A stretch of DNA of 63,791 nucleotides, counting the filler, from Aduncisulcus paluster (Eukaryota): the NCBI GenBank assembly GCA_024181965.1. It is 4 parts of 4 records of this genome, joined end to end, with 100 filler letters (N's around TTAATTAATTAA, not from the genome) between each part and the next. Parts side by side here need not be neighbours in the genome. Positions count along the whole stretch, not along the records: positions 23,018 to 43,610 come from BQXS01012424.1; 3 more parts are not named here. One strand, given 5' to 3'. The translations under genes were made by a program, and so were the position numbers. A model generated the notes under the pieces. The model ran no database searches and was not told where the DNA came from. It saw nothing but the letters and a program-made list of their open reading frames with translations. Below, one piece after another: positions 23,546 through 35,868 of the stretch; within the stretch, counting starts at the first letter, position 1; each line of letters begins with the position of its first letter.

Positions 23546-25036
23546 GAATTTGGTACATATCAAGGTTCTACTGGTCAGACTTCATGTGATATTTGTGGAG
23601 GAGGATATTATTGTTCTGATATTGCTGTTATTGATTCATGTGACGCTGGATATTATTCCGATGAGAAAGATAGTGACTGTCATGTATGTCCTGCTGGATT
23701 TATTTGTCCATATGATACCCCCCATCATGTGGCCTCAACTTTACCAGATATTTGTTCTCCTGGAACCATCAGTGCCTCAACGGGTCTCGAGTCTTGTTCT
23801 GACTGCAGTGATGGGTCATACAATCCAGTTTATGGGGGGACAACATGTTATGACTGTCCTTTGGGTTATAGTTGTGATTCTTCTGCTGGGACAACGTCAT
23901 CCCCATATAAATGCCCGTCTGGATATTATACTCCTACAATCCAAGCAGCAGCATGCAAAGAATGTGATGCTGGGAATTGGTGTGATGGAGCAACCATGGT
24001 TCCTTGTCCTGCTGGATCCTTCAGTCTCAGTGGATCAGATGTCTGTACTCAGTGTAACCGTGGTGAATATCAACCGAATAGCGAACAATCCCAATGCCTT
24101 GACTGTCCATTGCATTATTCATGTACGTTTTCATCTTCATCCCCATGTTCTGATAATGAATACTCTCCAAAGGGTGAAATGTATTGTCATCCTATTCCAG
24201 CTGGTTATGAAAGGGACAATGATACCAGTTCATCTGGAATTCAGTTGTGTAGTGCAAATATGTATAGTAACTTTGGTGATAGCGAGTGTTCTTCATGTCC
24301 AGATAACACATATTCTGATGAAGGCGCATCAATATGCATTACTTGCCCTGCAGGTTACTCGTGTTCCCAGTCGGATTCGAATAGACCATCCATTTGTAAC
24401 AAGGGCTACTATTCTGATGTTACGGATAACGGCTGTAAATCGTGTCCTGCTGGGTATGAGTGTCCTTATTATGGGACTATCACACCCGAAGAATGCCCTG
24501 CTGGTAAATACTCGTACGGTGGTGCATCATCGTGTACGTCATGTAATAATGGGAGATATAACCTACTTCCGCGCCAAACATCATCCTCTGCGTGCTTGCT
24601 TTGTCCTGTTGGGTTTGATTGTACCGATAAATCATATATTACTCGTTGTGACGATGGAGAGTATTCCGCGTCAGGCCGTCGAATTTGCACTGAATGTACA
24701 AGTGGAAGGTATTGTGATATTCATTACGGCGGATATTCAGCTTGCCCAAGTGGCACGTACAGTCCTAGCAGTAAGTCAACTCGATGCATTGTTTGTCCCG
24801 CTGGATATAGGTGTACATCATCTGCGAAATATCAATGTGGTACTGGGTATTTCTCTCCTTCTGGCATTGCCTCGTGCACCATTTGTCCTGATGGGTTTGT
24901 TTGTCCAGAGTTCGTCGAATATCCTCAACCTTGTCATGAAGGATGGAAACCAAATAATAATCGAACAGTATGCCAACAATGTTCTGACGGTGAATCGTGT
25001 GTTTATTTCGGTGCAAGTGCAGTATATAATTTATAA
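23018..25036 (+). CDS. Cysteine-rich (GCC2/GCC3, CxxC, furin-like repeat) surface protein, partial
   Basis: Frame is open from 23018 with repeated C..CPAG.Y.C units. The 3' end may be spliced. Confidence 0.85.
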   Translation, partial: VGSACLTGTYNDGSIWECQDCPGGTDCVIDAVGSACLTGTYNDGSIWECQDCPGGTDCVIDAVGSACLTGTYNDGSIWECQDCPGGTDCVIDAVGSACLTGTYNDGSIWECQDCPGGTDCVIDAVGSACLTGTYNDGSIWECQDCPGGTDCVIDAVGSACLTGTYNDGSIWECQDCEFGTYQGSTGQTSCDICGGGYYCSDIAVIDSCDAGYYSDEKDSDCHVCPAGFICPYDTPHHVASTLPDICSPGTISASTGLESCSDCSDGSYNPVYGGTTCYDCPLGYSCDSSAGTTSSPYKCPSGYYTPTIQAAACKECDAGNWCDGATMVPCPAGSFSLSGSDVCTQCNRGEYQPNSEQSQCLDCPLHYSCTFSSSSPCSDNEYSPKGEMYCHPIPAGYERDNDTSSSGIQLCSANMYSNFGDSECSSCPDNTYSDEGASICITCPAGYSCSQSDSNRPSICNKGYYSDVTDNGCKSCPAGYECPYYGTITPEECPAGKYSYGGASSCTSCNNGRYNLLPRQTSSSACLLCPVGFDCTDKSYITRCDDGEYSASGRRICTECTSGRYCDIHYGGYSACPSGTYSPSSKSTRCIVCPAGYRCTSSAKYQCGTGYFSPSGIASCTICPDGFVCPEFVEYPQPCHEGWKPNNNRTVCQQCSDGESCVYFGASAVYNL

Positions 25037-25200
25037 TATTTTTTATTTTTTTTATAACAACAATATTATTGACAGACTATTTTTGGATATGAAAGGAATC
25101 CAGCGTTGTCATCATGTTTATATTTTTTTACAGCTATACATGTACAAATACATATATCGATTGTCTCGGATCGAATTTTTTTTTTTATATATTTGTTTTT

Positions 25201-25253
<53 letters not shown>

Positions 25254-25273
25254 NNNNNNNNNNNNNNNNNNNN

Positions 25274-26119
25274 AGAAACAAGAAAAATTAAGACAGCAAC
25301 AATTGGCGATTGAAGCTGAAAAACGGAGAAAAGAGGAACAACAAAGGAAAAAAGAAGAAGCTCAAAGAAAAGAAGAGGAAAGACTTCGGAAGATTGAGGA
25401 AGAAAAAGCTAGAAAGATTCAAGAAGCCAAAAGGAAAGAAGAAGAGGCGAAAAAGAAGATAGAAGAAGAAAAACAAAGAAAAGAAGAAGCTGCAAGGAAG
25501 ATAGAGGAAGAGAAAAAACGATTAGCTGAAGAAGCTAAAATGGAAGCTGAAAGACAGGAAACAAGAAGAGGAACAAAGATGTATTCGTGAGAAGCTTGAA
25601 AAAGAGAAACAAGAAAAATTAAGACAGCAACAATTGGCGATTGAAGCTGAAAAACGGAGAAAAGAGGAACAACAAAGGAAAAAAGAAGAAGCTCAAAGAA
25701 AAGAAGAGGAAAGACTTCGGAAGATTGAGGAAGAAAAAGCTAGAAAGATTCAAGAAGCCAAAAGGAAAGAAGAAGAGGCGAAAAAGAAGATAGAAGAAGA
25801 AAAACAAAGAAAAGAAGAAGCTGCAAGGAAGATAGAGGAAGAGAAAAAACGATTAGCTGAAGAAGCTAAAATGGAAGCTGAAAGACAGAAACAAGAAGCC
25901 ATCGACATGAAAAAAGCCTTTGAAAAGCTAAGAAAGGAAGTAGAAAGTAAGGTTGAAGAGGAACCTGAAGATATGAAGGAGGAAAAGGAAGAAGAAGAAG
26001 TGAAAGAAGAAGAAAAGCAAGAAGAAGTCAAAGAGGAAGAGGAGCAAGAAGAAGTGGAGGAGAAAATCGATGAAGAGGAAGAGGAAGAGGGAAGAAGAAG
26101 AAGAAAATGGCGAGGATGA
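25274..26119 (+). CDS. Glu/Lys/Arg-rich charged single-alpha-helix/coiled-coil fragment (probably misassembled)
   Basis: EEKKR-type repeats. A ~280 bp block is duplicated (25274-25557 vs 25605-25888) with a frame break, next to poly-T and a gap. Confidence 0.5.
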
Positions 26120-26364
26120 AGAAGAAGATGATTTTGGTGCTTTATAGAAACATTTCGTTTCCTCCTGTCAATTGGAGTAGTTTGCATAATTATGCCAACT
26201 TTTGATAAAAATAAAATATATTTCATCATATATTCAAGTTTTGTTTGTGTTTATCCCCTGTATATGATCTTGAAAGTCAATCGAAATTGAAAAACGATTT
26301 TCTCGTGTTTTTCGTTGTTTGACAACATATTCATTTTATATATTATTGATTTATTGTTATTTTT

Positions 26365-27933
26365 ATGAATATCAGCTCAGAAATTCCTAAAAAATGTTTT
26401 GGATCAACTCCAAAAAGGGTATTATTAACTGTTTTTGCTATGCTGATATTATTTGTTTGTGGAGGCGTGATTTATGGATGGTCTCCATTAGTTCTTATAT
26501 TTCAGAGATATGGAATTTATTCAAATTTATGTCCTGACTCAGATCCCAACTGTACCGAACGAACCTTAAAACTTACGAATATCTTTACATCTGCTTCGAC
26601 GGCAGCTCCAATTGGAAGTGCTTTAACAGGAACATTGCTTCTAGATAACTATGGTCCCAAAATAACTGCTTCTTTATGCGTTTCTATTGTTACAATTGGT
26701 GCTACTATTTTTTCAATTTCTCTCGCTAGTGCCATCGCTTCTCCCAATGATTTTATCGACTTATTTCTCCCAGGATTTGCATTGATTGGACTTGGATCTC
26801 CTGCTACTCAGGTTATTATGATGCAAACTTCCCAACTTTTCCCGGGTTCCGAAAATGTTGTTATGTCGGCAATGTCAGGTGCCTTCGGATCCTCTGCTAT
26901 CACATTTCAACTAATTGAGCTCTTTGACCGCCTTGACATTGTGTCGGCAAGCGATGGGTTCTGGATATACACGTGCGTTGTGTTCATTTGTGTTGTTGTT
27001 GGATTAGTTGCGTGGCCACATGGTAGAAATGGATTTGGACGGCTCTATGTGAAATTAAAGGAGAAAGATGATATTCTAATGGCTTCTCTTGAAGCAGAGG
27101 GCTTGATTTCGCCCACCGAGGAGGAAGAAGAGAGGGAGTCTCAAAGCCAGAACGATCCTTCCGGATGCACGACTCCCATTGAGGAAGCCTCTGTATCATG
27201 CGATAATCTCACATCTGGAACCGTATCACCGGTTCCCACAACTCCTAGATCCTCTTCATTCTTCGTTCGACATCGTTTGGCTTTCAGACAGGTGTTTAGC
27301 TGGCCCTTCTTTGGTTTTATCCTTTACGGATGTGCCGATCCTCTTTTGTTCTCAGTGTACACGAATAATATGACGTCAATCATTCGGTGGAGCGTGGGAG
27401 ATGATGAAGACGAACTCAACTCTCTTGTTCTGACTTTCTCAATAGTTCAAGGATTTTCCGTTCTATGTGTTTTGTTGGGCAAAATGATTGATAAACGGGG
27501 ACTTCCTTTTGCGTTCGTTGCATGTAATGTCGTATTACTTGTTTGGTCTCTCCTTGGGATGATTCAATCAAAATGGGCTGTTATTATCAATTTCTTTCTA
27601 TATACCTTAGGAAAACAGTTGTTTTTCTCTCCCTTATTCTCATTCCTCGCATCAGCATTTGGATTTCGATATTTTGGACTTCTAAATTCTATTTTTTCGC
27701 TCATGTCAGCTTTGACATATGCTTTCACACAACCTCTTACTAAATTCATTCTTGTTACGCTTAATGGGGACTTTAGAGTATGGAATTGCATTCAAATATT
27801 CATTATTGGCTTAATGTTCCTTTTTCCGGCTTACTTAAAAGCTAATAACCTTGGAATTAAAGAAGAACGGAAGAAAATCGTTGGAGAAAGGGGATATAAA
27901 TCATGTTTTCCAAACTGTTTCGAACCCAAATAA
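26365..27933 (+). CDS. MFS transporter, SLC43/LAT3-LAT4 (FMP42)-like amino acid transporter
   Basis: GGVIYGWSPLVLIFQRYGIYSNLC, LLDNYGPK, MSGAFGSSA and FGFRYFGLL motifs; ~12 TM segments. Confidence 0.85.
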   Translation: MNISSEIPKKCFGSTPKRVLLTVFAMLILFVCGGVIYGWSPLVLIFQRYGIYSNLCPDSDPNCTERTLKLTNIFTSASTAAPIGSALTGTLLLDNYGPKITASLCVSIVTIGATIFSISLASAIASPNDFIDLFLPGFALIGLGSPATQVIMMQTSQLFPGSENVVMSAMSGAFGSSAITFQLIELFDRLDIVSASDGFWIYTCVVFICVVVGLVAWPHGRNGFGRLYVKLKEKDDILMASLEAEGLISPTEEEEERESQSQNDPSGCTTPIEEASVSCDNLTSGTVSPVPTTPRSSSFFVRHRLAFRQVFSWPFFGFILYGCADPLLFSVYTNNMTSIIRWSVGDDEDELNSLVLTFSIVQGFSVLCVLLGKMIDKRGLPFAFVACNVVLLVWSLLGMIQSKWAVIINFFLYTLGKQLFFSPLFSFLASAFGFRYFGLLNSIFSLMSALTYAFTQPLTKFILVTLNGDFRVWNCIQIFIIGLMFLFPAYLKANNLGIKEERKKIVGERGYKSCFPNCFEPK

Positions 27934-28295
27934 TGCTTATCATACATTTATCAATTATCTCAATCATCTTTTTCAATATAACTTCTTTATCGGTATAAAT
28001 AGGTTACCTTTTCATTTTCATATTCGATGCTAACATGATCCCACTATGAAATATTACCATAGATAGAGATTATGTTTACCATCGTATTTTCCGATTATCA
28101 CATAAAACAATTTATAATTACTCTCATTCTATTCACCCATGAATTTTTTCGTTTGTCATTTAGTTAACTCAAATAAAGAAATTCTATTATAATATTCTTG
28201 CATAATTTGCTCGTTATCTGCTAATTATATCCACCCTTCTCCATGTTATAAATGATATTATCACTCGCATTTCGAAAATTGTTTTTGTACCAAAA

Positions 28296-30176
28296 ATGAA
28301 AGATCTATTAATATATGATGTTACTACTTTAGCTAAATCAAAGGAATTTAGGCGTTTAAAAGCATTGGAGCAAGTTTTTAAGCTTGCAAATATGCAACGA
28401 TTGGATAGAACTGAAAAACATCGCCCTATTGTTGAAATAGAGGAATTATTAAATGGATATATCGCAGAATTGCTACAACAAAAAATGATTTTAAGGATTG
28501 CTCGGGCTTCCTTGTCAATATTACAATTATATTCATTACTTTGTCAAGATCGAAGCAAACTGAGCCCAATTATCACTGTGCAAACAACTGTTATCATTAA
28601 AAATTTGTTTCTTACCTTAGAATTTATCATAAAGTATTCATCTAAAAAACTTTCATCCAATATTTCATCCGGTAATCCCATTTTCATCAATAATGACAAT
28701 TCGTTGTCATATACTTCCTCTCCAGGGACAAAATTAATTATTTGGCAAGAAATACTATCAATGGTATGCGTATCACTTGCGATATCTGGTATTTTCCAGC
28801 AGTTTTCAAGCATGAGAGGGAAAGGTATCCTTGTTTGGGATGAATCCCTTTCCCTTTCCTTGCATGATATTCACCGCCATGCCATATGCACATTGAGTGA
28901 TGCATGTGAGCTGTTAATTTTCTTTTCGTCGGCAGAGACCAACACTTCCTCCACTTCATCTCTCTTTCGTACCCCTCTCTCTCATCCTCTTGTGATATCT
29001 CATGTTTCTCACTCCCATTCCTGCGCAATGTGTGTTGCACAATGCATTGAGAAAGTTCTTTTGTACGGGCTTCCCACCAAAAAGGATAATGGATTGGCTC
29101 AGAAACAACGAGCTAGATTGAACAAGAAAATGGCCCAAAGATCAGCATCGCTGCATGACGAGTCACTTGGAATCTCTAGAAATAGAAGCGGTTTCCATTC
29201 GGGTGATGCGCATTCTTCCCATCCCTCAACAACATCTCCAATCACTTCTGATTTATTATCATCGTCTTCTATCGAATCGGGCGATTCTTCTTCATTCGTA
29301 TCATATAAACCATCAAAACATGATCTAGCATGCTCTCTTGCACTCTTTTCTCCCTCTCACCTTCTTCAATTATTCGAGAGAGTAATACAAATATGTGAAC
29401 GAGGAATGTCTCCAAACACTCAAGATATCTCAGATATTGTTAAATATTTTGTTGCAACTCGTGATTCTTCTCAAACAAAATCACCAAAAGAATCTCAACA
29501 TTCTATTACCACTCAGATTCAAGCACAGGAAGAATCCGAAAAACCTGACTCTTCCTCATCTATATATATCTCCATTCTTTCTCAAATCGTTTCCCAACGT
29601 TGGTTATGTGCCAGTGATGTGTCTATCATCATTCTTCGAGCTCTCTCACATCCTCTCTCAACACAATCAATAATGTTCACTCCTAATGTTCTCTCGAGAC
29701 TCTTGAAATGGTGTGTATCAATCGTTAGGGAGGGAGACGACGAAGAATGCACCGATATTGGTACAATTGTAAGTGATTCTGCATCTAAAATGGATAATAT
29801 GTCGGAAGATTGTATTGTTGTCGACCATTGTGATCTTTTTGCTGAATGTGATTCTAGAGCATGTGAGACACCAAAAGATACTAAAACACCCCTTTCCTCG
29901 AGTTTATCCGTGAGAATTAGCCCATTAACGATCGCTGTTGATGTAAATAGACAGCGGATACGATCTTCAGCAAGAGGAATGTTATGTGCCTTACACGCCA
30001 ATGAAACCTTTGCTAGAATGAGTGGAACGACATTACATGAGGCTACAGCAACTTTAATTCTTCGATTTGAAGCTCCATGTGAGAAAAAGGCTCTTGAAGA
30101 CCTCGAGACACATGCATTTCGTTCTTTCCTCGCGGCAATTGGTGTGGAGCATTCAGAAAAGATCACACTTTTTTAA
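28296..30176 (+). CDS. Hypothetical helical protein
   Basis: 626-aa ATG-initiated ORF with host-like composition; no family recognised. Confidence 0.7.
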   Translation: MKDLLIYDVTTLAKSKEFRRLKALEQVFKLANMQRLDRTEKHRPIVEIEELLNGYIAELLQQKMILRIARASLSILQLYSLLCQDRSKLSPIITVQTTVIIKNLFLTLEFIIKYSSKKLSSNISSGNPIFINNDNSLSYTSSPGTKLIIWQEILSMVCVSLAISGIFQQFSSMRGKGILVWDESLSLSLHDIHRHAICTLSDACELLIFFSSAETNTSSTSSLFRTPLSHPLVISHVSHSHSCAMCVAQCIEKVLLYGLPTKKDNGLAQKQRARLNKKMAQRSASLHDESLGISRNRSGFHSGDAHSSHPSTTSPITSDLLSSSSIESGDSSSFVSYKPSKHDLACSLALFSPSHLLQLFERVIQICERGMSPNTQDISDIVKYFVATRDSSQTKSPKESQHSITTQIQAQEESEKPDSSSSIYISILSQIVSQRWLCASDVSIIILRALSHPLSTQSIMFTPNVLSRLLKWCVSIVREGDDEECTDIGTIVSDSASKMDNMSEDCIVVDHCDLFAECDSRACETPKDTKTPLSSSLSVRISPLTIAVDVNRQRIRSSARGMLCALHANETFARMSGTTLHEATATLILRFEAPCEKKALEDLETHAFRSFLAAIGVEHSEKITLF

Positions 30177-30335
30177 TTTTTAAATCATCATTCTTATTAT
30201 TCTAATAGTTGAAATTCTTTAACTAAAATTTACCCTCAAATATTGAAAATAAATACACACTGACTTGGAGCAGAATTCTTTTGCTTTTTTTGACCGTCAT
30301 TAAAAGAATCCCATTCAAATTTGATAATTTTTAAA

Positions 30336-33300
30336 ATGAATTTGAGTGTATCTTGTTTGATTGTCATTTGTTTTGTTATTTTAACTCAGATTTCTTGCCA
30401 ACTCAATAATATTCCCATTATTGAAGAATTGGATGCTGAAATTGACTCCAAAGAAACTGTTCTTGAAGATATTGTTCATCAGTTTATTAATTATGACATT
30501 GAAGATTGGTCAGATATCGATTATATGGAGGTTGGGAAAACAGCTATTTTTTCAACAGTTGGATGGCTAGTTCCAGCAATTCTATTTATGTTGGCCGGAT
30601 GTTTTGGATTTTGCTATTGTTGTTTCAGTTGTTGCTGTTGTGGACCAAACCCCGAAGGCTACTCTGTTTGTAAGCGTAATTGTACGACTGGTTCCCTTGT
30701 TACCCTTATTTGCTTTGCTATCGTTGGTGTTGGACTGGGTACTCTTATCACTGCCAATATGGAGAGCCTTGTTAACGAAGGAGTTATTGAGTTTGCTGAT
30801 GACGAAATCGATGATGGTATTGAGATGATGAATAATGTTGGAACTGTTGCAGAAACCTTTGCTAATGATAGCGATGACGTTTTTAACCGCGCTTTTAATA
30901 TTGTTAATGGTATGATTGCGTCTTTAGATAGTGTACTTATCCAACCTTGGAATGTCGGTGCTGCAAGCAAGTCTGATCAATTAGAGTCATTATTTCACGT
31001 TATGGGTGGAGTTGTTGAAGCTTTTGTGATCGGAAGTGCCAGTTTTGGAAATTTATTCCAGGGCATGGAAAATCCAATGTTTCAAATCGTTGGTGCTGGT
31101 GGTTTTGCCTCAATTTTCGCTGCTTTAAAAGATATACTTGACTCTGTTACATCAACAATCGATGAAAATCTCGAGGATTTATGTATTTCTTCCTTTATTT
31201 ATGAGCTCTCCGATTATCTTGAGCTCGGTCTTGAAGTTCCTGATTGTTCCGTTGATGGCCAATATGTGACATTTTACTCCCTTTTCGACCAAGTTAGAGA
31301 GAAATACAATGAAGACGATGAGTTCCGTGGCATTGTCGATTCCCTCACAAGTGCCACCGATACTACTTGGGCTAACAATCTTGCCACCACCCTTGCCTCC
31401 TTCTTATCCCTTGTGACCTCTACTGGTTCTCCTCTGATGGAACAAATGCTCGTTGGATCTGATTATTTGGATGATTTAGCCGAGAGCGTTGTGGATAAAT
31501 ATATCGTGTCAACCCTTGATGACATTGGACTAGTCAATGCTGATGGCAATGCAGACCTATTCCAGATGCTTTCTGATCAATATGATCTGTTAGGNNNNNN
31601 NNNNNNNNNNNNNNTCCGTTGATGGCCAATATGTGACATTTTACTCCCTTTTCGACCAAGTTAGAGAGAAATACAATGAAGACGATGAGTTCCGTGGCAT
31701 TGTCGATTCCCTCACAAGTGCCACCGATACTACTTGGGCTAACAATCTTGCCACCACCCTTGCCTCCTTCTTATCCCTTGTGACCTCTACTGGTTCTCCT
31801 CTGATGGAACAAATGCTCGTTGGATCTGATTATTTGGATGATTTAGCCGAGAGCGTTGTGGATAAATATATCGTGTCAACCCTTGATGACATTGGACTAG
31901 TCAATGCTGATGGCAATGCAGACCTTTTCCAGATGCTTTCTGATCAATATGATCTGTTAGGGATATCTTTTCCTGGGTATACAACTCTTGACGAAGCCAT
32001 GAACACCACATACTTTGCAATCGATCTCGCAATCTGCCTTCATCTCCTCTTCCTTGTTCCAGCAATCTGTTTACTTTGCTGTAGGTGCAATGAGACTTGC
32101 TCAGGTTGTTGTGGATGCTGCACGATGTGTACAGGTCTTTGTACATTCTTCTTTTACTTCATCTTTGCCATATTATTCATTGGTCTGACCGTGTCTTTCA
32201 ATACGACATGTTCTGCGTTTGAGATGGTCACTGATCAAAACAGTGAGTTGATGCAATCCATTCCCCTTGTCATGTCAAAACTCCAGACGGCCTTTGAGAT
32301 TCCTTCTGAATTTTTAACTGTCAACACTGAGACCGATACTGCTGTCTTAAACCTTGGATCGCTATTGTACAATTCAACCGAGACCGCAGGAGATTATCTC
32401 CCTGCCGCACTTGAAGATTACACTTATGATATCACTACGATCATGATCAATGAGTTCTTTGGGTGCACTGGACCTTACACAATGATAGATGCCGTCAATG
32501 GATGGGAATTTATCGGCATTTTCCTTGGTCCTGACAATCATTTCCCTTCATCTTTCATTTCCAATCCAGAGACCTCCGAACCAATCACGCTGGCAATCAC
32601 AGAAACTATCCCTTCAGCCATTACTGGAGTATTCAATGCTGATATGGAGGGAATGCTCGAAGATATTGCCACGATGCTTGCCGGAACATCCCTTTCTGAA
32701 TTCTTTGAGGCTACATTTGCTAACCTTGACACGACATTCAACAATATGCTTGGTGCTGAATCTGACGTGTGCCTCGCGATGGCTGACGTATATATGGATC
32801 CTGGTGATTATGCGTATGACCCTTTCCTTCAAGCAGTGATCAAAAACATGAATGCAAGAACAGAGAGGATCCAAACAGATTACACTTCAGAATATTTCCT
32901 CAACACAAATGGTTCTGCCTTGGATGGACCTGATGCGGGCAAGATCATGATGGAAATACTAAGCAACTCACTGATTACCACTGATTTGATATCATACATG
33001 ACCGAAGCAGAGGACCCCTATGTTGCCCCATGCTCCAATACAGCTTGGGATGATGCTCTTCACGATGTCTGTGCTCTGATGGACTCTCCTTCTGCTCAGG
33101 ATGCAGTGTCATTCAAGGACACTTTCGTGGGTGCAATGAGTGCACAAGACGAGAATGGAAACTATATCTATCTTTCCCAATCGCTTGACTCTTGGATATA
33201 CCAAGAAGCTATCAGCGATTATTGTGACGAAACCTGTGGAAGTGAGATCGCTGGTGACCTTGAAGACATTGTTTATTCGTTCCCTGGAGATGCCACTGAA

Positions 33301-33999
33301 GCCATCACAGCCCTCGATCCTCTCCTGAATGTCATTTCAGAGCAAGTAGACAGTATTATCGGCGCTGTGAGTTCAGATGGTGCCCTTGACACAATCATGG
33401 ATAACGTTGAGATCACTCAATCAGCTGTCGAGAATGGGTTGGACAGTGTATGGTTAGCTAATCTCGAATCTCCACTCAAAGCTTTTGCATCTTATTTCAT
33501 CGCATTTGTTAATAACCAGTTCCTGTCATGTGATCCAACAATGCCTGTTCCAGCATTTGACCTGATATCAACGGCCACCCATCAAAGCGAAAATTTCATT
33601 TGTGGGTACATTCCAAATATCTTCCTATCCGCGGCTCTCTTCTACAATTTCATGCTCATTGCTCAGGTCTGTCTTATATATACCGGCCATGTCGGTGGAA
33701 ACCGGTTAACCCGTCCACAGAAGAAGAAAGCCTTGCCTTCAAATCTCACCCAAGGTGTTCCCATGGTAGCTCCAAGGATGAACCCACCGACTGGCCCTGC
33801 GATGTATCCTCCGATCCCGGGAAGCACAATCAGTCCCGGTGGTGTGTTTATCCCGGTTTCTGACTTCCCTCCTCCTGCACCGCCTGTGATGGTGACAAAT
33901 CCGATTGTGATGGCTACTAAATTTGATGGTGGTGCCCCAGCTCCTTCTCCAATCTCCAGGCCTCCACCAACTCTTACCCTTGAACCAGATACCTTTTAA
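30336..33999 (+). CDS. Prominin-like 5-TM membrane glycoprotein (one gene split by gap with duplicated overlap)
   Basis: Signal peptide; TM, Cys-rich loop, TM; large acidic loop; TM, Cys-rich loop, TM; second large loop; fifth TM; Pro-rich tail. About 350 bp is duplicated across gap 31595-31614. Confidence 0.6.
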
Positions 34000-34701
34000 T
34001 CTCCTATTTCTGCTCTTTGATATATTTATAAATATACTCATAATCGATCAATTTATAGATTCGCTTTATTTTTTATTTGAGGTTGATCAGTTTTCTTTGT
34101 TTTTCATCAAAAATTCCAAGAAATCCTACAAGAAAAATAGGTCTTGAGCGTCTGCAAGTCCCAATAATTAGAAAAAATGTTGAGATTTAATCAAACCAAT
34201 CGTTTGTTTTGGTTTGAATATGTGTAATTATGTTTCTCCATTGTTAATAAACATCTTGGTGTTCCTTGTGTCGATAAAACTAAGATTTAGACACATCCAA
34301 AATCATGATGTAAATGTCCAAAAAAAGATCACAGAAAACAAGTTTTCAAGAAAAACATCGATTGTATATCAAAGAGTAGCTTGTTACAAGTTCAAAAAAT
34401 CAAATGATATTTCTTCATCAGAATAAGTGTAAATCATATTTACAGTGTCCAAAAACCCTTTTTAATAATATTTTTAAATTATTTAATCAACTTTGCTTTC
34501 ATTTATGATTCTAAATCGGCTACAATCATACATTTTAGATTCCCTCACGAAATATTGTGGTAAGAATTAGTACGCAAATCAATACCCCGTTTATAAAACA
34601 TATAAATATCCAAAAATTATTTCAATAATGAATACTACAAAAGATAGACCCCAAAAATTATTTTCATTGTTTTTGGCCAAGGATAAAAGAACCAAAATAT
34701 T

Positions 34702-35403
34702 ATGATAATAGTTATTGAAGGAAATATATCGGCAGGTAAATCTACGCTTGCGAAAAGCCTTGCCCTTGAACTTGATCTGCGATTATTCGAAGAGCCAGTA
34801 GTAGAGAACCCATACCTTGAAGATTTTTATAAAGATCCGTGTAAATGGGCATTGACAATGCAATTATGGCTTCTTGAACAAAGATATAAAACATACAGAG
34901 AAGGAATAGCTCATTACAAAAAAACTGGCCAAGGAGTGTTATTTGATCGTTCGGTGTATAGTGATGCTGTTTTCGCCATTAACAGTAAGAAATGTGGGCA
35001 AATATCGATCGAAGGATATGAAAGATATTGTTCTAAACTCAATGAATGTTTAAAGGAGTGTGAAATACCTCATTTTATTATTTATTTAGACGTTTCTCCT
35101 GAAATATGTTATCGCCGTATTCATAGTATGCGTAAAAGAGCTTGCGAGGGAACAATTCCTCTTGAATATATTCAATCATTGCATTTGGAATATTTGGAAT
35201 TTCTCTCCAAGATGAAAGGACAAGGAAGTGTTATTTTAAGAATTAATTGGGAGGAATTTGGTTCTGTTGAAAGCATTGCCACCCTCATATCCCCAAAATA
35301 TAGGGCTGAAATAACTCATAGTCTCGATGAATCGAGTAGAATGGTTGAAAGCAAAATTCGCCACGTCGACATTGAAATTGAAGAGCTTGAGATAGAGTTA
35401 TAG
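34702..35403 (+). CDS. Deoxynucleoside kinase (dAK/dCK/dGK family)
   Basis: IEGNISAGKST P-loop, EEPV, DRSVYSD..F and RKRACE lid motifs. Confidence 0.92.
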   Translation: MIIVIEGNISAGKSTLAKSLALELDLRLFEEPVVENPYLEDFYKDPCKWALTMQLWLLEQRYKTYREGIAHYKKTGQGVLFDRSVYSDAVFAINSKKCGQISIEGYERYCSKLNECLKECEIPHFIIYLDVSPEICYRRIHSMRKRACEGTIPLEYIQSLHLEYLEFLSKMKGQGSVILRINWEEFGSVESIATLISPKYRAEITHSLDESSRMVESKIRHVDIEIEELEIEL

Positions 35404-35868
35404 TGATTATTTGCTTTATATTCATTCAAATAGTACAATATCGATTTCTTCCCGCTTTCTCAACACCATCAGACACATTCTCAACCAATTTCATTCTTTA
35501 TTCAATATATACACTCATATTTCATATATAAACCTCACCATCAATTTTATATCCATTTTAAATGTCAATGCATTATTGATAACAATCTGTAATTTACAGA
35601 TGTTTATTATTCGACTTCACTATCATTATTTCATGAAATTTTCATGATTATCTGCGACTTTTATCACTTTTTTAAAATAAAGTCCACTAAATTCGAAATA
35701 ATTTCTGTCTGGACAAGGATTTAATTTTACGGTCCCAGACGGCATATTTACCGGCGAATTATTTCTTCATTTTCGTTTATTCCTTCCGAATAATAATAAT
35801 ATTATCATTATTATCCATTAAACAATTCATCGATATTTTATTGAATATTGGAATATCAATCAAGAATT

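Noticed and set aside
23517..25313. 598-aa alternative-frame ORF overlapping the Cys-rich gene
   Set aside because: Shadow frame caused by TGT/GAT codon bias; it runs into poly-T and Ns.
25188..25890. Poly-T tract and duplicated KE-rich block as a retroposed element
   Set aside because: Low-complexity sequence next to a gap; misassembly is the simpler explanation.
31247..31961. Apparent tandem duplication in the prominin-like gene
   Set aside because: Gap-flanking overlap artefact.
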